A DNA stretch of 64,000 bases from Myxococcota bacterium (GTDB lineage Bacteria; Myxococcota_A; Polyangia; Nannocystales; Nannocystaceae). The position numbers and the translations under genes were made by a program. A model generated the notes under the pieces. It was not told the DNA's origin. It ran no database searches and saw only the letters and a list, made by a program, of their open reading frames with translations. Shown here one piece after another: positions 38,497 through 50,778 of the stretch. Where the stretch lies: the NCBI GenBank assembly GCA_039028615.1, contig JBCCHT010000002.1, positions 288,001 through 352,000 of the forward strand, given 5' to 3'. Every line of letters starts with the position of its first letter. Within the stretch, counting starts at the first letter, position 1.

Positions 38497-38678
38497 GCTC
38501 CAGTTTCCGTGTTGGGAAGGGCCCGGGGTGGACACGCTGCGCATGCTACCTCGCGGACCGCAGATTCCCACCGCTCCGTGTAAACCCCCCGTGCACCATG
38601 GCGCTACGACCGATCGGGGCCGTCCTCTCGGGGTAACCGTGTCTGGCTCGAATCGCGCCCCTGGGGCATGATCAGCGC

Positions 38679-41510
38679 GTGTCGCACGAGTCGACCTTGT
38701 TCGATGATCGGCGCGAGCTCAGCAGTGCTTCGCTCGACCACGACGACACGAACGTAGACGGGGTCACGGCCCGAGACCCCGAGCCGATCGAGCTTCGACG
38801 CGGCGAGACCATGGGCCGCTACGTCCTGCTCGATCCGATCGGTCGCGGCGGGATGGGGGTGGTGTACGCCGCCTACGATCCCGAGCTCGACCGCCGCATC
38901 GCACTCAAGCTGCTGCGCGCCGAGAAGAACGACGCCAAGGGCAGCGCCCGCCTGGCCCGCGAGGCGCAGGCGATGGCCAAGCTCGTGCACCCCAACGTGG
39001 CCACCGTGCACGACGTGGGCAGCTTCCACGGCGAGGGCGTGTTCGTGGCGATGGAGCTCGTCGACGGCTCGGACCTCCGCACCTGGCTCAAGCGCCCGCG
39101 CGAGTGGACCGAGGTCATCGCCGTGTTCCTGCAGGCGGGCCGGGGCCTCATGGCCGCGCACCGGGTCGGGCTCATCCATCGCGACTTCAAGCCGGGCAAC
39201 GTGCTGCTCAGCGATCGCGGCGAGGTGAAGGTCGTCGACTTCGGGCTCGCCCGCCAGCTCGAGTCCAGCCTCGACAGCCACGAGATGCGCATGCTGGCCG
39301 ACCTCGAGTCGAGCGGCTCGATCAGCCAGCGCATCAAGGAGGACGTGACCCGAACCGGAGCCTTGATGGGCACCCCCGCCTATATGGCTCCCGAGCAGCA
39401 CGCCCGCCGCTCGCTCGATGCCCGCACCGATCAATTCTCGTTTTGCGTTGCGCTCTACGAGGCGCTGTTCCAGCGGCCGCCCGTCGAAGGGCATAGTCGC
39501 GTCGCGTTGGCCATGGCCACCAACCGGGGCGAGGTTCGGCCACCCCCCAAGGGGCACTCGATCCCGGCTCGGATCACGCGCGCGGTGTACCGCGGCTTGT
39601 CGCCCAAGGCCGCCGATCGCTTCCCCAGCATGGCCGAGCTGCTGGCCGAGCTCAGTTACGACCCCGGACGTCAGCGCATGCGACTGGCGGCCGGTGTGGG
39701 CGCGACCGTCCTGCTGGCGGCGGGCATCTACGGCTATGTACGGGGCCCCGAGTCCAAGCCGACCGAGGACCCACAGTGCCCCGACCCGCAGGCGGCCCTC
39801 GCCGACGTCTGGGACGACGGTCGTCGCGACACGCTGACCAAGGCCTTCGAGCGGAGCCCCCTGCCCTACGCGGTGGACACCAGCAAGTTCGTGATCGAGC
39901 GCCTCGATCGTTGGTCCGACGAGTGGGCCACGGCGCGACACGAAGCCTGCGAAGCGACGATCGTCCACGAGACCCAGCCCAAGACCACGATGGAGCTGCG
40001 CACCCACTGCCTCGATCGACAGCGCAAGGACCTGGCAGCCGTGGCCCAGCTGCTGATCGAGGCCGACACCAGCACCATCGAGCGCGCGGATCGACTCACC
40101 GCCTCGCTCCCCGCCACCGCCGCCTGTGCCGACGTCGATGCCCTCAACCGGCTCCCACCGCCCACGGATCTGGCGACCCGCGAGGTGGTCGAGACCGTCC
40201 GTGATCAGCTGAGCGAGATCCGAGCGCTACGGGCCGCGGGTCGATACCGGGTGGGATTCGAACGCGCGGGCGAGACGCGGGACCTCGCGCTGACCACCGG
40301 GTACAAGCCGGTCATCGCCGAGACGCTGTCCATCTTGGGCAACCTCCAGAACAACGTCGGCAACCGGGCCGATGGCGAGACGACCTTGCACGCGGCCGCC
40401 CAGGCGGCCACGGAGGCCCGCTACGATCAGATCCTGGTCACCGCCTGGCTCGACCTGGCGTGGAACCTGAGCATCGGCCAAAACCGCCACGACGAAGGCC
40501 TGCGCTTCACCGAGTACGCCGACGCGGTCATCACCCGCATGGGGCGACCCGAGTGGCTGCGGACCAACCTGCAGTGCACCGAGGGCAACATCAAGTGGGA
40601 GCGGCAGGACACCGAGGAGGCCCTGGTGCTGCTGCAGGCCTGCCTCGACGGGCGCCTGCGCCAGGACCCCCGCCACCCGCAGCTCGCCACCACGATGACC
40701 TATGTCGGTAACGTGCTGATCGACCTGGGCCGGCTCGACGACGCCGAGAAGGCCTTCCGCGACGCGCTCGAGGCCGCCATCTCCACGCACGGCCTCAAGC
40801 ACCCGCTGGTCGCGTCGTCCTACAACGGCCTCGGGGTCGTGTTCTATCACCAGCAGCGCCTCGCCGACGCGGAGGCGCAGTACCAGCAGGCCTACGAGCT
40901 CAACCTCGAGCTGCTCGGCCCCGACGATCCGGCCCTGCTGTACTCGCTGGGGAACATCGCCAACTGCCGACGCGAACGCGGCGAGTACAAGAGCGCGCTG
41001 GCGGCGATGCGCAAGGTCGAGCGGCTGGTCCGCAACGGCTTCCCCGCCGAGCACCGCGAGTCGGGCACGACCACCCACAACATCGCCGAGCTGCTCGCCC
41101 TGCTCGACCAGCCCGAAGACGCGCTCGAGCACTACGAGCGAGCGCTGCGGATCCGCATCGCCGTGCACGGGGCCGATGCGCTGTACGTGGCCAACACGCT
41201 CACGGGGCAGGGCGAAACCCTGCTCACCCTCGGGCGGCAGGCCGAGGCCCGCGAGGCGCTGGAGCGGGCCTACGGCATCCGGGAGGCGGCCAAGGACCAC
41301 CGCAAGGACAACTTCGGTCGCACTCGCTTCGCGCTGGGGCGCGCGCTGATGCAGTCGGACAAGGATCCCGCGCGCGCCCGCCAGCTGGTTCGTCAGGCCC
41401 GTCGCGACTACGAGACGATCGACGACAGCGCCCTCAAGCGGGAGCGCCGTGATGCGATGGACCGCTGGCTCGCCGAGCACGACCGCCCGGGCGACGCCAC
41501 GCGCAACTGA
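38679..41510 (+). CDS. Ser/Thr protein kinase with TM segment and TPRs
   Basis: GRGGMGVV, IALK, HRDFKPGN, DFG, GTPAYMAPE; TPRs. Confidence 0.95.
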   Translation: MSHESTLFDDRRELSSASLDHDDTNVDGVTARDPEPIELRRGETMGRYVLLDPIGRGGMGVVYAAYDPELDRRIALKLLRAEKNDAKGSARLAREAQAMAKLVHPNVATVHDVGSFHGEGVFVAMELVDGSDLRTWLKRPREWTEVIAVFLQAGRGLMAAHRVGLIHRDFKPGNVLLSDRGEVKVVDFGLARQLESSLDSHEMRMLADLESSGSISQRIKEDVTRTGALMGTPAYMAPEQHARRSLDARTDQFSFCVALYEALFQRPPVEGHSRVALAMATNRGEVRPPPKGHSIPARITRAVYRGLSPKAADRFPSMAELLAELSYDPGRQRMRLAAGVGATVLLAAGIYGYVRGPESKPTEDPQCPDPQAALADVWDDGRRDTLTKAFERSPLPYAVDTSKFVIERLDRWSDEWATARHEACEATIVHETQPKTTMELRTHCLDRQRKDLAAVAQLLIEADTSTIERADRLTASLPATAACADVDALNRLPPPTDLATREVVETVRDQLSEIRALRAAGRYRVGFERAGETRDLALTTGYKPVIAETLSILGNLQNNVGNRADGETTLHAAAQAATEARYDQILVTAWLDLAWNLSIGQNRHDEGLRFTEYADAVITRMGRPEWLRTNLQCTEGNIKWERQDTEEALVLLQACLDGRLRQDPRHPQLATTMTYVGNVLIDLGRLDDAEKAFRDALEAAISTHGLKHPLVASSYNGLGVVFYHQQRLADAEAQYQQAYELNLELLGPDDPALLYSLGNIANCRRERGEYKSALAAMRKVERLVRNGFPAEHRESGTTTHNIAELLALLDQPEDALEHYERALRIRIAVHGADALYVANTLTGQGETLLTLGRQAEAREALERAYGIREAAKDHRKDNFGRTRFALGRALMQSDKDPARARQLVRQARRDYETIDDSALKRERRDAMDRWLAEHDRPGDATRN

Positions 41511-41665
41511 GCCGCCCCCCCGTTCGAGGGGCTCGACGTGAACGCGTCGTGCAGCACGATGGAGTCACCATGCGGCTCCCTCGACTCACCGCGCCCTCGC
41601 GAAACGTCTCTGCGAACCATGCGCGAACTCATGGTTCGGGCACCATCGGGCCGCAATCCCACACG

Positions 41666-42028
41666 ATGAACAAGATGTGCACGCGGTGCAGCTACGACGA
41701 GCTGCAGGCTGGAGTCACAGCGACCTCGACGGCGGCGACGGGCAATGCCGCCGAGAATCTCGCACGTCAGGCGGTCCCCAACGGCGCCTCCGGAGTCATC
41801 TGCTCACACTGGCAGAACGCCGACAACGTCAGGTTCGATGCCAACTGTGTCTACAACACGACCGTCCACCGAACGACGCAAGCCCACTGTGCGGGTCGGT
41901 TCCGCGGCTATCACGAGCCGTCTCAGCAACAGCTCAACGCGGAGCAGCAGTCGATCACCGCTGCTCGGAATGCCGTGCCCCAAGGCGCCACGAACGTCGA
42001 CTGCGATACCTGGCGAGCGCGCGCCTAG
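41666..42028 (+). CDS. Small Cys-containing protein with an internal two-fold repeat
   Basis: ARQAVPNGASGVICSHW / ARNAVPQGATNVDCDTW. Confidence 0.6.
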   Translation: MNKMCTRCSYDELQAGVTATSTAATGNAAENLARQAVPNGASGVICSHWQNADNVRFDANCVYNTTVHRTTQAHCAGRFRGYHEPSQQQLNAEQQSITAARNAVPQGATNVDCDTWRARA

Positions 42029-42042
42029 GCCCACCCTGCCGC

Positions 42043-42318
42043 TCAGCGGTCGCTGTGGCCCAAGTCCTTGTCGGGCGCGACCCGGTCGCGGATGAGCTGC
42101 TTGAGCTCTTTGGACTCGGGGAAGCGGCCGGCCTCGGACTTGGCGAAGACGAGCTCGTCGTCGACCCGAACCTCGAAGATGCCGCCGTCGCCGGGCACCA
42201 GGGCAACCTCGCCCAGGTGCTCGCCGAGACTCATCAATAGCTCCTGCGCCATCCAGCCCGCTCGCAGCACGAAGCGGCAGCGCTGGCAGTAGAGAATCTC
42301 GACCCGAGGGCGGGACAT
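42043..42318 (-). CDS. SelT/SelW/SelH (Rdx) family protein
   Basis: VEILYCQRC, RAGWMAQELL, GGIFEVRVD, GRFPESKELKQLIRD, LGHSD. Confidence 0.92.
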   Translation of the reverse strand: MSRPRVEILYCQRCRFVLRAGWMAQELLMSLGEHLGEVALVPGDGGIFEVRVDDELVFAKSEAGRFPESKELKQLIRDRVAPDKDLGHSDR

Positions 42319-42370
42319 GACGACGCACTGAAGGGGGCGGACCCACGCGGGGGCCCGCCCTGCTCGGAGC

Positions 42371-43141
42371 TCAGCGGCTGCTGATCGCGGCCCGCATGAG
42401 CTCGCGGTTGAGCGTCACGATGGCGTCGGTGCTGATCTCCTTGGGGCACACCGCTTCGCACTCACCGTGGTTGGTGCAGCCACCGAAGTCGGCACCGTCC
42501 ATGGCCGAGACCATCTTGAGCGCTCGCTCGTTTCGCTCGACCTGCCCCTGCGGGAGCAAGGAGAGGTGGCTGACCTTGGCGCCCACGAAGAGCATGGCCG
42601 ATGCGTTCGGGCACGCGGCCACGCAGGCACCACAGCCGATGCACGCGGCGAAGTCGAAGGCCTCGTCGGCGTTGGACTTGCCGATGGGGATGGCGTTGGC
42701 GTCGGGCGCCGAGCCCGTGCCCACCGAGATGAAGCCGCCCGCGTGCTGGATAGTATCGAAGGCCGTGCGGTCGACCATGAGGTCGCGCAGCACGGGGAAC
42801 GCCTTGGCACGGAAGGGCTCGACGGTGATGGTCTCGCCGTCGCGGAAGCCACGCTGCGCGAACTCTCGCATGTGCAGCTGGCAGGTGGTCGTGCCCGGCC
42901 GCGGACCGTGCGGGACCCCGTCGATCACCATCGAGCAGGTACCGCAGATGCCCTCACGACAGTCGTGATCGAAGGCGATGGGGCCCTCGGGGTACTTCTC
43001 GTGGTTGTGGATGATCTCTTCGTTGAGCACGTCGATGGCCTCGAGGAAGGACATCTCCTCTTCCACCTGGACATCGTAGGTCTTGAACTCGCCCGAGGGG
43101 GCGCCGCTCTTCTGTCGCCAAATTTTGAACTTGACCTTCAT
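42371..43141 (-). CDS. sdhB: Succinate dehydrogenase / fumarate reductase iron-sulfur subunit
   Basis: [35 protein letters not shown]. Confidence 0.95.
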   Translation of the reverse strand: MKVKFKIWRQKSGAPSGEFKTYDVQVEEEMSFLEAIDVLNEEIIHNHEKYPEGPIAFDHDCREGICGTCSMVIDGVPHGPRPGTTTCQLHMREFAQRGFRDGETITVEPFRAKAFPVLRDLMVDRTAFDTIQHAGGFISVGTGSAPDANAIPIGKSNADEAFDFAACIGCGACVAACPNASAMLFVGAKVSHLSLLPQGQVERNERALKMVSAMDGADFGGCTNHGECEAVCPKEISTDAIVTLNRELMRAAISSR

Positions 43142-43149
43142 CGTTCGGC

Positions 43150-45081
<1,932 letters not shown>

Positions 45082-45117
45082 GGTGTCGGTTGCCTTTGCG
45101 AATGAAGAGGGAGGCGG

Positions 45118-45801
45118 TTAGGCGGAGACGAGCTTGAGCAGGCAGGCCACGGGCACGGCGGCGAAGCCCAGCCCGGTGACCACCGCGATGGCGGGTCCGA
45201 CTTTTTGCAGCGGCTCTTTGAAGCGACCCTTGGCCACGCCCAGGGTGCGGAACATGCTGCTGACCGCGTGGCTGAGGTGCAGCGAGACCGCCACCACCGA
45301 CAGCAGGTAGGTGATGGTGATGACCGGGTTCTGGAAGCTGCGCACGAAGTTCGTGTAGATGTCGCGGCGCCCCATCGCGTCGGTGAGGTCTTCGTAGGCG
45401 ACCACCTCGAGGGTGAAGTGCGCGAGGTGGAAGAGCACGAAGGCCACCACCACCCAGCCGGTGAGGATCATGCTGCGCCCCCACGGCGTGCTGCGTTGCG
45501 CCTTGAGCGCGGCGTACCGGTTCGGGCGCGCGGCGACGTTGCGGGCGGTGAGCTTGACCGCGCACGCGATGTGGATGCCGATCATCGCGACCAAGCCGAG
45601 GCGAGCGCCCCATTTGATCCCACCCAGCCCTTGCATGAAGGCGGCGTAGTCGTTGTACGCGTCTTGCCCGGCAAAGACCTGGAGATGGCCCGCCATGTGC
45701 TGGAGCAGGAATCCGACCATGGCCAGTCCGGTGACGGCCATGATGACCTTCAAACCGAGAGTGGAATTCCAGGCGGACGATGAGGAAGTGGAAGCGCTCA
45801 T
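45118..45801 (-). CDS. sdhC: Succinate dehydrogenase cytochrome b subunit
   Basis: KVIMAVTG, about five TM helices with heme-ligand His residues, upstream of sdhAB. Confidence 0.92.
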   Translation of the reverse strand: MSASTSSSSAWNSTLGLKVIMAVTGLAMVGFLLQHMAGHLQVFAGQDAYNDYAAFMQGLGGIKWGARLGLVAMIGIHIACAVKLTARNVAARPNRYAALKAQRSTPWGRSMILTGWVVVAFVLFHLAHFTLEVVAYEDLTDAMGRRDIYTNFVRSFQNPVITITYLLSVVAVSLHLSHAVSSMFRTLGVAKGRFKEPLQKVGPAIAVVTGLGFAAVPVACLLKLVSA

Positions 45802-46202
45802 GGCAGTTCGGTCCCCGATGTGAGGGCGCGGCCTGGAGTTTTTCCTCCAGGAGCCCCCTGAAGGAGGCATCTACCACACTCGGAGCCCCGGCACCGCGCG
45901 CAAGGCCAAGTGCGCGAAAGATGCGGGGGTAGACCCACATCGTGGCTGCACCGTCCGAGTCGGCGCCGTGGCCGACTCAGAGGTGCGCAGGGGCGTCTAT
46001 CTGCCCGCGGACCGAAGTTTCGGGGTCGAGCGCGGCCCGACCCGAAGGGGGGAAGACGCACATTCGAGATCTCCCGCCGATGCCGCTCGATCAACCTGGG
46101 CATAATTCCGGCGCGGCGGCGTTTCCTCCAGGCCCCGTGCCGAATGCCCGTGCCCACGCTCATCCTCCCGACGGCTCAGGACCTCCCGCGAGACCACGGC
46201 CC

Positions 46203-48062
46203 ATGAGCGCGGTCGACCCATCGGGCGCATCGCTGTCCCTCGGTGAGCATCTCGGGCAAGGAGCCGTCGCCACCGTACGCCGGGTCCATGGCCCCGGCGG
46301 GCGGGTCTACGCGGGCAAGCTGCTGCACGAATCCCACGAGCGCGACGCGGCCTCTCGCGCCCGGTTCGCGCAAGAGGCCGAGCTGCTCGAAGGCCTGTCC
46401 CACCCCAACCTGGTCGGCTTCCACGGCCTGGTCGACATCGAGGGTCGGCGGGTGCTGCTGATGGAGCTGGTCGAAGGGCCCACGCTGGCGGAGGTCATCG
46501 CCCGCGAGACGACCCTCGACCCCGCGCGCGTGCAGCAGCTCGGTCGGGGCTTGGCCGCCGGCCTGGCCTACGCGCATCGGGCCGGCATCGTGCACCGCGA
46601 CCTCAAGCCCAGCAACGTGCTGCTCGCGGGCGGCACCGAGCCCAAGATCGCCGACTTCGGCATGGCGCGCGCGACCTCGCTGTCCGGGGTCGGCTCCCAG
46701 GGCCTGACCGTGCTGGGCACGCCCGACTACATGGCGCCCGAGTGCCTCGACCCGCTGGCGGTCGACGCCCGCACCGATCTGTACGCGCTCGGCTGCATCT
46801 TGTTCGAGATGCTCGCCGGGCGCCCGCCGTTTTCTTCGGCCACGCCGCTCGGCTTGCTCAAGGCCCACCGCGACCACGACGTGCCGGCTCTACCCACGAG
46901 CGTGCCCGCGCCCCTGCGCACGCTCGTGACGTCGCTGCTCGCCAAGACCCCGGGCGACCGCCCGCAGGCGGCCGAGTCCGTGCGCGACGCCCTCGATGCA
47001 ATGCTCGACCCCTCGAGCGACGCGGCCGGGTCCACCGCGCTCGCGGTGGCGTCGTCCGCCGCGCCGCCCACCGTCGCCCGCGGTCGCTGTGTCGCCTGTG
47101 GAGCCCCGCTGGTGACCGCGCTCGGCCAGTGCATCGATTGCGGCCACGAGATCGCCCACCTGGAGGCCGGCCGCTGGTCGGTGCTCGTGACCGGGCCGGG
47201 TGAACCCGGCGACAAGCTCGACGCCACCCTGCGCGAGCGCCTGCGCCAGTGGTTCGAGGACAACCCCGAGCTGGGCCTCGAGCCCGCCGACAACCTCGTC
47301 AAGAAGATCCCCCGGGTCCCCTTCCCCATCACCACCAAGGTCTCCGAGCGCAGCGGGGCGAGCTTGGTCCGCGCCCTGCAGCGCCTCGGGCTGGAGGCCA
47401 CCGCCGTCCGGGGCGGGCCCATGGCGTACAAGCCCATGCGAGCCAAGTCGCGCACGCTGATGGGTCGCATGGCGCTCATCATGACGAGCTTCATGAGCGG
47501 CCTGTGGCAGACGGGCTGGGCCGCGGGCATCGTGATGGTGGGCTTGTTCGTCGCGGCCGGGGTCATGGTGGCCAATGCCAACCGCCGGGTGACGCGGCAG
47601 CTCGCCAACAATCGCCAGCCGCTGCCCGAGCCGGTCCGCAAGGCGCTCGAGCAGACCCGCGAGGCCCTGCCCGCGATCCAAGAGCGACGTCATCGCCAAG
47701 GTCTGCGAGCGGTGCTCACCCGCGTGGTCGACCTCGCCCGGGACACCGCCAGCGACGACCCCGAAGCCGCCCAAGAGCTCGTGCAGGCGGTCAATGCCGC
47801 CGTCGCGGCCGCGGCTCGGCTCGACGCTCTCGACCGTGAGCTCGCGGCGATGGACCAGGACAGCGCCACCCAGCACGCCCGCGCGACTCTGCACGCGCGC
47901 GACACCTGGGCCTCGCGGCTGCTATCGCTGACCGCCACCCTCGACACGCTCGCGTCCCGCCGGGCCGCCGCCGGGGCCCGACGGGGGCTCGCCGACGACG
48001 AAGAGACGCTCGATCAGCTGCGTGCCCACGTGGAGGCGCTCGAGGAGGTCCAGAACGCATGA
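46203..48062 (+). CDS. Ser/Thr kinase - zinc ribbon - TM - helical C-terminal domain
   Basis: YAGK, HRDLKPSN, DFG, GTPDYMAPE; CVAC...CIDC; hydrophobic hairpin; coiled-coil tail. Confidence 0.9.
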   Translation: MSAVDPSGASLSLGEHLGQGAVATVRRVHGPGGRVYAGKLLHESHERDAASRARFAQEAELLEGLSHPNLVGFHGLVDIEGRRVLLMELVEGPTLAEVIARETTLDPARVQQLGRGLAAGLAYAHRAGIVHRDLKPSNVLLAGGTEPKIADFGMARATSLSGVGSQGLTVLGTPDYMAPECLDPLAVDARTDLYALGCILFEMLAGRPPFSSATPLGLLKAHRDHDVPALPTSVPAPLRTLVTSLLAKTPGDRPQAAESVRDALDAMLDPSSDAAGSTALAVASSAAPPTVARGRCVACGAPLVTALGQCIDCGHEIAHLEAGRWSVLVTGPGEPGDKLDATLRERLRQWFEDNPELGLEPADNLVKKIPRVPFPITTKVSERSGASLVRALQRLGLEATAVRGGPMAYKPMRAKSRTLMGRMALIMTSFMSGLWQTGWAAGIVMVGLFVAAGVMVANANRRVTRQLANNRQPLPEPVRKALEQTREALPAIQERRHRQGLRAVLTRVVDLARDTASDDPEAAQELVQAVNAAVAAAARLDALDRELAAMDQDSATQHARATLHARDTWASRLLSLTATLDTLASRRAAAGARRGLADDEETLDQLRAHVEALEEVQNA

Positions 48063-50077
48063 ATGCCCTGCCCCAACGACTCGGCCTCGAGGTCATCGAA
48101 GGCCCCGCGCGCATCGGCTCCGAGCTTCGCTGGCGGGTACAGCACGAAGGCCGCCCCGCCCTGCTGGCCCAGCTGCTCCCCGAGCTCGCCCACGACCCCG
48201 CCGTACGCCGTCGCTACGTGCGGGACGTGGAGCGACTGCGAGGCCTGGGCTTGGCCGGGCTGGCGCCGACGCGGAAGACCGGGCCCGAGCCGGATCCTCG
48301 CGCTCCCGAGGCGCCGCCGCCGTGGCGCCTGCGCGACGACCCCGAGGGCGAGACGCTCGAACACTGGCTCACCCGGCGTGCACCCGCGCCCGTCGACGAG
48401 GTCGCGCGGCTCGGAGCGGCGCTGGCCGAGCTGGTGCATCGACTGCATGGTCGGGGCGCCGTCGTGCGCAACCTCGACCCCAGCCACGTGGTGCTCGCTG
48501 CCGACGATCGACTGTGGCTCACGGATGTCGGCCTCGCGCGCGTCGACGTGCTCTCCACGCGCACCGCGGCCAGCCTCATCCTCGAGGGCTCGCCCTACAC
48601 CGCGCCCGAGCTGCTCACCGAGACGGTCGTCGACCAGCGGGCGGACCTGTACGGCTTGGGCACGATCTTGTTTCGCGCGGTCACGGGCATGCTGCCCTAC
48701 GGCGACTCGAACTCCCTGCTGCGCCCCACCGAGCCGCCGCCGCGGGCCTCGACCCTCCGCCCGGACATCCCCGCCGGCTTCGATGAACTCATCGCACGCT
48801 GCCTCGACCACGACCCCGCCGCGCGCCCCGACAGCGCCGCACAGCTGGCCGAGATTCTCGGCGGGCGATCGAACCTGCCGTCGCGGGAGGCTCGCGTCCC
48901 CTGCCAGGAATGCGGCACCCCCCTGCGGCCCGGCCAGCGCTTGTGCACCCACTGTGGAAAGCTCGCCGTGCAGTTCGTCCCCGCGACGACCCCCGACGAG
49001 GGGCACGAGATCGTCCTGCGCAAGATCGACGAAGGCGCCGAGGCCCGCGCCAAGCTCGAGCGCATCTTGGGCGCCGTCTCCGACGGGCCGCTACCGCCGC
49101 TGAACTTCGTGGTCGGCGACGCCCGCATGTACTCCAAGGGCGAGCGCAAGGCGTTCATCACCCTGCCCGCGCGCCTGGTCTCGGGCCTGTCCGAGTCGAG
49201 CGCACACGCCCTCAATCAGAGACTGGCCGACGCCGGCCTCCACACGCGCGTCGTGGCCCCGCGAGGGCCCACGGCCGGCTTGGCGCCCCGGGAAAAGCGA
49301 GGGCTCGCCATCGGAGCGGCCGCCTCGGTCGCCGCCATCTTGGGGGCGTTCGTCCTCGCGGTCGGGGAGGCCGGCTTGAGCATGGCCGTGGTCATCGCCG
49401 GCGTCATGACCCTGGTCGCGGCCGCGATCCTGGTGTCGGTCGGCCTCGTGCTGCGCCACCGAGAGAAGCGCAAGAAGAAAGACCCGGTCGTCGCGTTGCG
49501 ACCCACGCCGGCCGCCCTGCCCGCGTCCGATCCCTTGGTGGCTCGACTCGCGGCGCTGCTGACCGGCGACCCGCCGCCCGATCTCCGCGAGCAGGTCGGC
49601 GAGCTCGCCCTGGCCGTGCAGCGGCTGGTGGATCACCGCGCCCACAACCGGGCCGAAGCCGACGAGATCGATGCCGTCACCGCGCCCGTGGCTCAGCTGG
49701 TCTCGCTCATCGAGGGTCAGGTGCAGGCGATCCGCCGTATCGACCTCGAGCTGGGCACGCTCGACGAAGGCGCCCTGGTTCGGGCCCTCGCTGCCGCGGA
49801 AGCCCGCGGAGACGCGCCCGCGGCTCGCGAGACGCTGCTCGAGGGGCTCGACCGCCTCCGTGCCCTCGAGGACGCGCGTGCCCGCCGTTTTCATCGCTTG
49901 CTCGAAGCCACGCACCTCGCCCGCCGCTCGGTGGAGCTCGGCCTCGCGGTGCACGATGGCCAGGCCGAGCACGAACGACATGTCGCCCAGGCCCTCGCTG
50001 CCCTCGAACGAGAGCTGGGCGAAGACGTCGACGCTTCGTCATCTCCCGCGGCGCTGCCCGCAGCCGCGGCCGGCTGA
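48059..50077 (+). CDS. Pseudokinase - zinc ribbon - TM - helical C-terminal domain
   Basis: Kinase C-lobe (GSPYTAPE, ADLYGLG) but VRNLDPSH and DVG, no VAIK Lys; CQEC...CTHC; ATGA overlap with the upstream kinase. Confidence 0.85.
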   Translation: MNALPQRLGLEVIEGPARIGSELRWRVQHEGRPALLAQLLPELAHDPAVRRRYVRDVERLRGLGLAGLAPTRKTGPEPDPRAPEAPPPWRLRDDPEGETLEHWLTRRAPAPVDEVARLGAALAELVHRLHGRGAVVRNLDPSHVVLAADDRLWLTDVGLARVDVLSTRTAASLILEGSPYTAPELLTETVVDQRADLYGLGTILFRAVTGMLPYGDSNSLLRPTEPPPRASTLRPDIPAGFDELIARCLDHDPAARPDSAAQLAEILGGRSNLPSREARVPCQECGTPLRPGQRLCTHCGKLAVQFVPATTPDEGHEIVLRKIDEGAEARAKLERILGAVSDGPLPPLNFVVGDARMYSKGERKAFITLPARLVSGLSESSAHALNQRLADAGLHTRVVAPRGPTAGLAPREKRGLAIGAAASVAAILGAFVLAVGEAGLSMAVVIAGVMTLVAAAILVSVGLVLRHREKRKKKDPVVALRPTPAALPASDPLVARLAALLTGDPPPDLREQVGELALAVQRLVDHRAHNRAEADEIDAVTAPVAQLVSLIEGQVQAIRRIDLELGTLDEGALVRALAAAEARGDAPAARETLLEGLDRLRALEDARARRFHRLLEATHLARRSVELGLAVHDGQAEHERHVAQALAALERELGEDVDASSSPAALPAAAAG

Positions 50078-50078
50078 G

Positions 50079-50711
50079 CTACCCGCAGACCTCGCCGAGC
50101 CCGGTGAGGTTGTAGCAAGTCATGCCGATGGGACAGGTGGCTCCGCCCGCGCAGTCGAGGGCGCAGGCGGTGTCGGGCAGGTCGTTGACCACGATCGAGA
50201 CGCAGACGGGCACCGCGGTGCCGCCCGGCGACGGGTCACAATCGACCGCGGCGTTGGTGCACGCGACCGCGGAGCAAAAACCGTCGATCACCACGCCCCC
50301 GGCGTCGCTGATGGTGATGCACAGGTTCGGCAAGAAGCCACACTCGTCGCCGACGGTGCACGGCGCGTACATGCCCATGTCGGGCTGCATCCCGCTGCCA
50401 CCGCCGCCGTCGTCGGTGCTGCCGACCGTGGTGACCCCCGTGGTCGTGCCCACGACTCCGTCGCCGCTGCTGTCGGCCATGCCCGTCGTGGTCTCGCCGC
50501 CCTCCGAGGACCCACCACCCGAGCCCTCCGTCGCGGCGTCCTCCGTGCCCGATCCAGAGGGCTCCCCCGTCTCCGTGCCCGGAGTCATGGTCGTGACCGG
50601 AGCCGCGGCCGTCGCAAAGGGACTATTGCCGTCGGTCTCGACGACCGTGCACGCGAGCGACGACGCCCCGGCGAACATCAGTCCAACAACCTCGAATCGA
50701 ACCCCTACCAC
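50079..50711 (-). CDS. Small Cys-rich lipoprotein
   Basis: SLAC lipobox, T/G/S-rich linker, C-terminal multi-Cys domain. Confidence 0.75.
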   Translation of the reverse strand: MVGVRFEVVGLMFAGASSLACTVVETDGNSPFATAAAPVTTMTPGTETGEPSGSGTEDAATEGSGGGSSEGGETTTGMADSSGDGVVGTTTGVTTVGSTDDGGGGSGMQPDMGMYAPCTVGDECGFLPNLCITISDAGGVVIDGFCSAVACTNAAVDCDPSPGGTAVPVCVSIVVNDLPDTACALDCAGGATCPIGMTCYNLTGLGEVCG

Positions 50712-50736
50712 CCGATCACGATAGCGTAGACGGCAA

Positions 50737-50761
50737 GGAACCGAGCCGACCGCTCGGTTCC
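50737..50761 (-). terminator. Hairpin downstream of the VWA gene
   Basis: GGAACCGAGC-N5-GCTCGGTTCC perfect 10-bp stem; weak U tract. Confidence 0.5.
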
Positions 50762-50778
50762 CATTGTGGCCGGTCGGG

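Noticed and set aside
42043..42318. Possible selenoprotein (SelW family)
   Set aside because: The redox motif is CQRC with both Cys encoded by TGC; no in-frame TGA.
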